Source: Fimbriimonadales bacterium (GTDB lineage Bacteria; Armatimonadota; Fimbriimonadia; Fimbriimonadales; ATM1). From it: a stretch of DNA of 44,483 bases. The stretch's first letter is position 1, and each line of letters begins with the position of its first letter. The notes under the pieces were generated by a model. That model saw nothing but the letters and a program-made list of their open reading frames with translations, did not search any database and had not been told where the DNA came from. Position numbers and translations under genes: made by a program. This document shows positions 38,766 through 44,483 of this stretch, piece by piece. Location: the NCBI GenBank assembly GCA_051003155.1, contig JBPCLO010000023.1:1-44483 (forward strand). The letters are read 5' to 3'.

Positions 38766-40739
38766 ATGTACTTGCAAATCCTTGAGATTGTGCTGTGGTC
38801 GAGGCGTCCCGGATTCGAACCTCGCAGGCTCCGCTTCGAGCCAGGCAAAGTAAATGTCATCAGCGGGGCATCTAGAACTGGGAAGTCGGCGGTGATTCCC
38901 ATAATCGACTATTGTCTCGGTTCAGGAACGTGCACCATTCCTGTCGATACGATCAGGAATGCATGCGACTGGTTCGGCATTATCGTGGCGACAGCAGGAG
39001 GGCAAATGCTGTTGGCTCGCAGGGAACCCGGCACTCAGCGGTCGACTGATGACATGATGATTATCCAGGCGGATCGTATTGGGACGGTACCTGACCGCCC
39101 CGGAAAGAACACTACCGCCGATGCTGTCAAGAGACTCTTGGACGAGCAGGCAGGCCTGACCAGCCTTGAGACAAGTACAGGCGGCGAAGCAAGCGGCTTT
39201 GAAGGAAGACCCAGCTTTCGGGATCTCGCGGCTTTCTTGTTTCAACCCCAAAATGTCGTCGCGAATCCAGACGTTCTCTTCTACAAGACCAGCACCTACG
39301 AACACAGGGAGAAGCTCCGTAACATATTCCCCTATGTACTCGGCGCCATAACTGGTGATCTGCTGGCAAAGCAGCATGAGCTTGCGAGGGTTCGGGCTTC
39401 CCTCAAGCGCCTTCAAAGAGAGCTTGCCACGGCGGAATCCGTGTCTGCCCAGTGGGACGCGGATCTCCAAGCAAGACTTAGTGAAGCTCGCGAGTTAGGG
39501 CTCATCTTGATTCCATCGGGTGAAGTTCTAACTCGCGAACAAGCACTTGCGGTGTTGGTCTCAATCACGACCCAACAGCGAGCGGAGCCTGCTGTGACGA
39601 CCGAAACCATCAATGAAGCGTTGCGGGAACTGGCGGAACTGGAGTCCGAGGAGAGCGAGGTATCAACTCGATTAACGTCTCTCCGTCGCCGCTTGGCAGA
39701 AATGCAGAGAGTTCAATCAGCGTTACTCGCCCACGGTGATTCAAGACAACTTCAGCGGGAGCGACTTGGAATATCGAATTGGTTGCTGGCGCATGCCGAC
39801 CAAGAGAATCCTTGTCCTATGTGTGGGAATGAACTGAGTTCTGCGAACGCGGTTCTTGAGACTCTGGTGACTGCAACACGCGCGCTCGAAGACGCAGCCG
39901 GCACCAGCGATGCAGTGTCGGCGGCATTTGATAGGGAGCATCTACGAGTCTCAACTGAAGTCGAGACAAGGACCGAGCAGCTACGCGGTATTCAGGTTCG
40001 GCGACGTGCACTTGAAATGCGTTCGGAACAATCCCAGGCACACCAGTACCGTGCACGCGCCATGGAACGATTCCTCGGCAATGTCGAGAATGCTTTGAAG
40101 CTGCAGGAACGCTTGGGCGAAGACGGCGAGTTACGATCAGAGACCAACGCGCTATCGGAACGAGAGGCTCTATTAGCGGCCGAATTACAACGCGAAAACC
40201 TCGAAGAGCGTAAGGGGCGGGCACTGGATCAGGTCAACCTGCTGGCTGGACGCTTGATAAGCGACCTCGACTCAGAATTTCCGAATGCACCTATTTCATT
40301 GCAAATAAATGATCTCACCATCAAGGTCAGTAGGCCCGATCGTGAAGACATTTTGCCCGAGATAGGAAGCGGCTCCAATTGGCTCTCATACCACCTAGCA
40401 ACTTTGTTGGCCCTCCATCAATTCTTCTTAGGGTTGGCCAGGAGTCCCGTGCCTAACTTCCTGATCCTCGACCAGCCAAGTCAGGTCTATTTCCCAAAAA
40501 GACTGGTTCCGAGACCTGATGATCCCTTGGACGAGCAACTGAAGGATGAGGATGTTGAAGCCGTAAGAAAGGCTTTTGCGACTATGGCGAAGGTCGTTGA
40601 AGAGGCGCAACAAGCACTCCAAATCATCGTGTTGGATCACGCGGCTCGGAATGTCTGGGGGGACATCCCATTGGTGCACGAGGTGGAAGAGTGGCGTGGT
40701 GATGAAAAGCTAGTGCCGTTAACCTGGCTTGCAGAGTAG
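38766..40739 (+). CDS. lmuB: DUF3732 SMC/Rad50-like ABC ATPase
   Basis: Walker A GASRTGKS, IIDYCLGS, coiled coil with CPMC Zn hook, GSGSNW signature, Walker B LILDQPSQVYF. Confidence 0.9.
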   Translation: MYLQILEIVLWSRRPGFEPRRLRFEPGKVNVISGASRTGKSAVIPIIDYCLGSGTCTIPVDTIRNACDWFGIIVATAGGQMLLARREPGTQRSTDDMMIIQADRIGTVPDRPGKNTTADAVKRLLDEQAGLTSLETSTGGEASGFEGRPSFRDLAAFLFQPQNVVANPDVLFYKTSTYEHREKLRNIFPYVLGAITGDLLAKQHELARVRASLKRLQRELATAESVSAQWDADLQARLSEARELGLILIPSGEVLTREQALAVLVSITTQQRAEPAVTTETINEALRELAELESEESEVSTRLTSLRRRLAEMQRVQSALLAHGDSRQLQRERLGISNWLLAHADQENPCPMCGNELSSANAVLETLVTATRALEDAAGTSDAVSAAFDREHLRVSTEVETRTEQLRGIQVRRRALEMRSEQSQAHQYRARAMERFLGNVENALKLQERLGEDGELRSETNALSEREALLAAELQRENLEERKGRALDQVNLLAGRLISDLDSEFPNAPISLQINDLTIKVSRPDREDILPEIGSGSNWLSYHLATLLALHQFFLGLARSPVPNFLILDQPSQVYFPKRLVPRPDDPLDEQLKDEDVEAVRKAFATMAKVVEEAQQALQIIVLDHAARNVWGDIPLVHEVEEWRGDEKLVPLTWLAE

Positions 40740-40952
40740 GTGGTACCCGGAAGTTGGACCCTGGACCCAGATGGGCTTGAGAGTGGTGGTTGTCTTCGTT
40801 GCGGGAGCGAATCCGTTCATCGGGCACCAGGCTTCAATAGGATCAGAACGAAACGTCACAGAGCTAAGCGTCTAGGAGTCAAGATTCCCGATTGACAGCT
40901 CACATCCGCCAAGTGCAGGTTCAAGCAAAGGTCGTTAATTAGTGGAGGATAA

Positions 40953-41165
40953 ATGACCAGGGGACGGCCCAGAGCTATCGCACGAGCCGTGCGGCCGAGC
41001 GGGGTGAACTTCGAAGTAGAAGTCCTGAATTACCTTGAGGCACTGTCCGTCAGGGAGGACCGCTCTCGAAGTTGGCTCCTCAACGCGATGGTCCAGGAAC
41101 ACGCGGCCAAACATGGCATTGAGCTCCTCTCACGTCAGCCCCACACAAACGGAATTCCTAACTGA
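40953..41165 (+). CDS. Ribbon-helix-helix (CopG-like) DNA-binding protein
   Basis: GGAGG RBS, RGRPR, beta-strand SGVNF, then LEALS..EDRSRSWLLN. Confidence 0.7.
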   Translation: MTRGRPRAIARAVRPSGVNFEVEVLNYLEALSVREDRSRSWLLNAMVQEHAAKHGIELLSRQPHTNGIPN

Positions 41166-41405
41166 GCCTGCGCGGGAAAGAATGGGCGCTAAGCACTGGC
41201 ACGGCGCCGCTCCGACCACGGGCATGTCGCACATCGCCCATTCATGAACAACTTGATGGGAAGGTTGTGGAGTGGCTGGAGAAGGTCACCGATGCGCAAT
41301 ATGAGGGGCGTCCGGGCAGCAAGTAGAGGAAGACAAGGCTGAGGGCGCTTCGTCGACCGTTGGAGCAGCTCACACTTACTCAGACTGCCGTGCTGCCTTC
41401 CGTGC

Positions 41406-41654
41406 GTGATCTCGAATTTAATCCTGTTTTACCGTCAGGGAGTTGTGAGTTTCCCTCCAGAGTTAGTGAAGGAGATCATTATTGGTGCGCGAACGAATGA
41501 AGATGACTTAAAACGGGCATTCGAACTAAAGGCTTCCGCTTTCCAAAACGCTGCCATGAAAGTTGCTGTATTGGACATACACAGCTTCTCGATGAGGGTG
41601 GAACCCGCGCCCCCCATGCAATTCATGCAGCTGGTCCGACGTAGCGGGTCGTGA
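41406..41654 (+). pseudogene. C-terminal remnant resembling DUF2971-family proteins
   Basis: FPPELVKEIIIGAR motif without a recognisable N-terminal domain. Confidence 0.45.
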
Positions 41655-41836
41655 TCAACGACGTGCCAGCCAACGTAAACTTGACCTGAGGCTGAAGTAA
41701 CACGTTCGACGGTTCGAGATGCATTTGACGCCACGTCGCGTTTGGCCACGCTTGGACCTGGCGTACGTGGACCCTGTCACCCGCGACAAAGGCGCGAGCG
41801 GCGTGCATTCGGCTCACGCATTACGCGACGCAGCTT

Positions 41837-42031
41837 GCCGACCGTCTCGTCAAAGCCTCACTATTTGCGTTTACCGCAAATTGCCTTCAACAGTGAGTCA
41901 GAGCGGGAAAAGCCAGCTCCGCCACAAGAGGAGGTGACACGCATGCTCTTTTCCAATTTGCAGCTTAACACCAGGCAGTGGGGCCACCAGGCGGGTGTCG
42001 GGGGCGATCCGATGGGTAAGCAAATCGAATC
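41837..42031 (+). repeat. ~195-bp imperfect direct repeat, copy 1 (putative promoter/RBS/leader cassette)
   Basis: Shares GCCGACCGTCTC, TATTTGCGTTTACCGC, GCCTTCAACAGTGAGTCAGAGCGGG, GGAGGTGA, GCGATCCGATG and CAAATCGAATC with 42976-43168. Confidence 0.9.
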
Positions 42032-42118
42032 ATCAGCGGGCCGCGCCATTCAATCACTACCGACTACGCTGCTTGATCAGCAATCCCATTAGCCAAAGAC
42101 CCCCAAGGAGGCATAAAA

Positions 42119-42370
42119 GTGAAACATATTCTTGCAGAAAGCGACTTCCGTGTCTTCAACGACGGTTCGGTTTCAATTCTTACCCCGATGACGGATCCCG
42201 CCCGCGAGTGGACCGAAGGGAACGTTTACTTCGAAAGCTGGCAAACAATAGGCGGTGGTATCTGCATCGACCATCGATTCCTCGTCGATTTGCTCGAAGG
42301 AATCTTGAGCGAAGGATTCACTATAGTCGATCAGCACGACCGCAAACTCTCACTTCCGGAGGCCTCATAA
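42119..42370 (+). CDS. Small phage/mobile-element-type hypothetical protein
   Basis: AAGGAGG RBS, 83 aa, acidic. Confidence 0.75.
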   Translation: MKHILAESDFRVFNDGSVSILTPMTDPAREWTEGNVYFESWQTIGGGICIDHRFLVDLLEGILSEGFTIVDQHDRKLSLPEAS

Positions 42371-42371
42371 C

Positions 42372-42935
42372 ATGGGCTACAACACCGAACTTCACGGATC
42401 ATTCGAAGTCTCGAATCTCTCGCAACTCGCCGCTCAGCGGCTGCTGGAAATCGACGGTCTCTCAGCGGAAGATATCGCCAACCGGTTTCCCGAGTCTTCA
42501 CCTATCGTTCGACACCGTCTAATCGACGTGTCGACGAAAGAGGAGACCGAAACGGTTGAGTTGCTCAGCGGTTACAACCCGTGGAGCTTTGAGGAAGACG
42601 GTAGCAATCCTGCTGATCCGACGAGCGTTCTGACATTCGGAGACCTAGCGCCCAATAACTACGGCAACTTCCCCATGGCAAGCGAGAGCCAAGAGTGGCT
42701 GGCTTGGATCATGGCCGAGATTCTCCCAATCGACGCCGACGCCGAATACCCGCCGCGAATAGCAGGTTGGGTTCAGTGGATCGGCGACGACCCGCAGGAC
42801 AACGGCGTGATGATCATCACGAATAGACTGGGCAAGTTGGCAGAGTCGGGCGACCTAACGACTGGCGAAATCGAAGCTCGCATGTTTTGGTTCGAAGACA
42901 TCATGTCGATCGTTTCCAATTCGCTTACTTGGTAA
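42372..42935 (+). CDS. Phage/mobile-element-type hypothetical protein (MGYxTxxxG N-terminus)
   Basis: 187-aa acidic ORF, GGAGG RBS, 1 nt after the previous stop. Confidence 0.75.
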   Translation: MGYNTELHGSFEVSNLSQLAAQRLLEIDGLSAEDIANRFPESSPIVRHRLIDVSTKEETETVELLSGYNPWSFEEDGSNPADPTSVLTFGDLAPNNYGNFPMASESQEWLAWIMAEILPIDADAEYPPRIAGWVQWIGDDPQDNGVMIITNRLGKLAESGDLTTGEIEARMFWFEDIMSIVSNSLTW

Positions 42936-42975
42936 GCGGATCGCCGGCCGTTCAAGTCTTCCGCGGCTGTGGGTA

Positions 42976-43168
42976 GCCGACCGTCTCCTCCAAGCTTCAT
43001 TATTTGCGTTTACCGCGATAGCCTTCAACAGTGAGTCAGAGCGGGCAAAGCCCAGCATCGCACCGAAGGAGGTGAGAGACGTGTTCCTTTCCAACTTGCG
43101 GCTCAACACGAGCCAGTCAGCTACCAGGTCGGTGTCGGAGGCGATCCGATGAGCGGGCAAATCGAATC
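42976..43168 (+). repeat. ~195-bp imperfect direct repeat, copy 2
   Basis: See 41837-42031. Confidence 0.9.
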
Positions 43169-43661
43169 GACGGAGGTCGCTCCATTCACCGACGTACCTA
43201 TTTACCACGAGACATCCGGGCTTTGGCTCTACGGCAACCTCAGGTTGCTTCGATCAAACTTGGCCTACCTGCCCAGTGCCATCGGTTTCGGTAACTGGAC
43301 GTCAGACCAACTCCAAGCTATCGAGCGAGAGACTGAACTCCTAGTGCTGGATAGCAAGACGCTCGTTTGCGGCGTTCACGGGGCCGCTCATCAGAGATCA
43401 GCCGTCGTGCCGCTCCGCTGGGGCGCCCCGCGCATTGTCGTCTTGTCGGGTGGCTTTCATTACCACCTCGGTCCCAAGCTGGACCACGAACCTTTCAGGG
43501 CCGCCCGGCTCTGGCGGTATCGCTGGGACGCGCTGGTTGACCTAGCTGTTTCCCGAAGAGCCCCCGACAAGCTGCCGACGTTCGCCAGCTACAACCCAAC
43601 CGTCGATCGGCTCATTGTCAAGCTGGCCAGCGGTGAGTTGTCCCCCAAGGACTATAGGTAA
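43149..43661 (+). CDS. Divergent short DprA/Smf (SLOG fold)-like protein
   Basis: LWLYGNLRLL, LVCGVHGAAHQ, GAPRIVVLSGGF and LAVS...P...N echo DprA core motifs. Confidence 0.55.
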   Translation: MSGQIESTEVAPFTDVPIYHETSGLWLYGNLRLLRSNLAYLPSAIGFGNWTSDQLQAIERETELLVLDSKTLVCGVHGAAHQRSAVVPLRWGAPRIVVLSGGFHYHLGPKLDHEPFRAARLWRYRWDALVDLAVSRRAPDKLPTFASYNPTVDRLIVKLASGELSPKDYR

Positions 43662-43822
43662 CTGGCAGTGACCGCCTCGCTTTGATCACCGCGCGTGCCT
43701 ACTTTCATCAGCCCTTCCGGAGACGGTAGGGCTTTTCTTTACCCATTCGGAGTGGGCGACCAAGTACCACGCGAGCTTCGCTTTTTGCGCCTTTGGTCCG
43801 AAGGCTTAGACTACGTGGCATC

Positions 43823-44392
43823 ATGCGTGTCAACGTCTCAGGCAAGCAGTTCGTCTTTCCTCGGTCTTGCGCTTGCTGCGGTGCCTACCCGTTAACAGAA
43901 TTGACGGTGCTTGGAAGCGAGAGAAACCGGCGGGCTCGAACGAAGGGATGGACGTGGGAGATTCCTTACTGCCTGAAGTGCAAGCGGCACGTTAGAGCGG
44001 CGGAGATCCTGTTCTTGGTCGCGCTCGTTCTTGCTGCGGTGGCGATCATCGCCGGCTTCGTCGCCGGGCTTATCGCGCATTACTGGACACTCGGTCTTGC
44101 GACGGGCGCCGTGACGCTGTTTACAGTCTCGATAACCTCTTGGACTGCCTGGCGGATACTTAAGGCGAAGTGCTCGGAGAACTGTTGGGGGCTGACCCGG
44201 TCGGTCATCTATCTCGGCTCCTCTGGCAGTTGCCACTCGTTCGATATCAAGTCAGCCTTCTACGCTTCGGATTTTGTTCGGGCCAACCATCACAAGGTAG
44301 TCAATGCCAGTCCCAAGGTCGCCTCGATCCTGCGGAACACGAGTTTCGGCAATTATCAGGTACCGCGCCGATTGATTGGGAAGGGCGACTAG
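43823..44392 (+). CDS. Membrane protein with Zn-ribbon cysteines
   Basis: FPRSCACCG...PYCLKCKRH followed by two transmembrane segments. Confidence 0.7.
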   Translation: MRVNVSGKQFVFPRSCACCGAYPLTELTVLGSERNRRARTKGWTWEIPYCLKCKRHVRAAEILFLVALVLAAVAIIAGFVAGLIAHYWTLGLATGAVTLFTVSITSWTAWRILKAKCSENCWGLTRSVIYLGSSGSCHSFDIKSAFYASDFVRANHHKVVNASPKVASILRNTSFGNYQVPRRLIGKGD

Positions 44393-44483
44393 GAAGCGGT
44401 TGTCTTCGCCTGTTGGCGAGTTCATTCGGACTCCTGAGCAAGGCCGGTAGGCCCAATGCGACCCAGTTCGAATCATTCGACGA

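Larger units (their letters stand above)
28691..44483. mobile_element. Genomic (defence) island integrated in comM, continuing beyond the window end
   Basis: Abrupt comM break, visible drop in GC content, defence and phage-like cargo, pseudogenes; no integrase in the window. Confidence 0.85.

Noticed and set aside
41837..43168. Repeats as a CRISPR array or IS ends
   Set aside because: Only two long, imperfect, direct copies separated by genes; no transposase

Overview
GC-rich bacterial chromosome segment; the gene style and small lipoproteins suggest Armatimonadota/Fimbriimonadia, which is inference only. Positions 1-28.7 kb are mostly housekeeping: a split leucine/methylcrotonyl-CoA catabolism cluster, typA, recQ, lepA, nuoA/C/D (no nuoB, and two opposite-strand genes between nuoC and nuoD) and a transaldolase. 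This part also holds a decayed REP-associated tyrosine transposase with flanking inverted palindromes and an MT-A70 remnant. At ~28,690 a comM/yifB gene is cut at its Walker B motif, and a visibly less GC-rich island runs from there to the window end. The island carries five things: (i) a tightly coupled operon of a Zn-ribbon SIR2-like protein, a SAMHD1-type HD phosphohydrolase, an unknown (possibly NurA-like) protein and an ImmA/IrrE-like protein, which is the best candidate for an undescribed defence system; (ii) an attP-like structure, made of the 3' part of tRNA-Ala flanked by perfect 24-bp arm-type direct repeats; (iii) a frameshifted restriction-endonuclease-like gene; (iv) a complete Lamassu/ABC three-component system; (v) a duplicated ~195-bp promoter/leader cassette ahead of small phage-like genes and a divergent DprA-like gene. 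All family calls come from motif recognition by eye, not from database searches.
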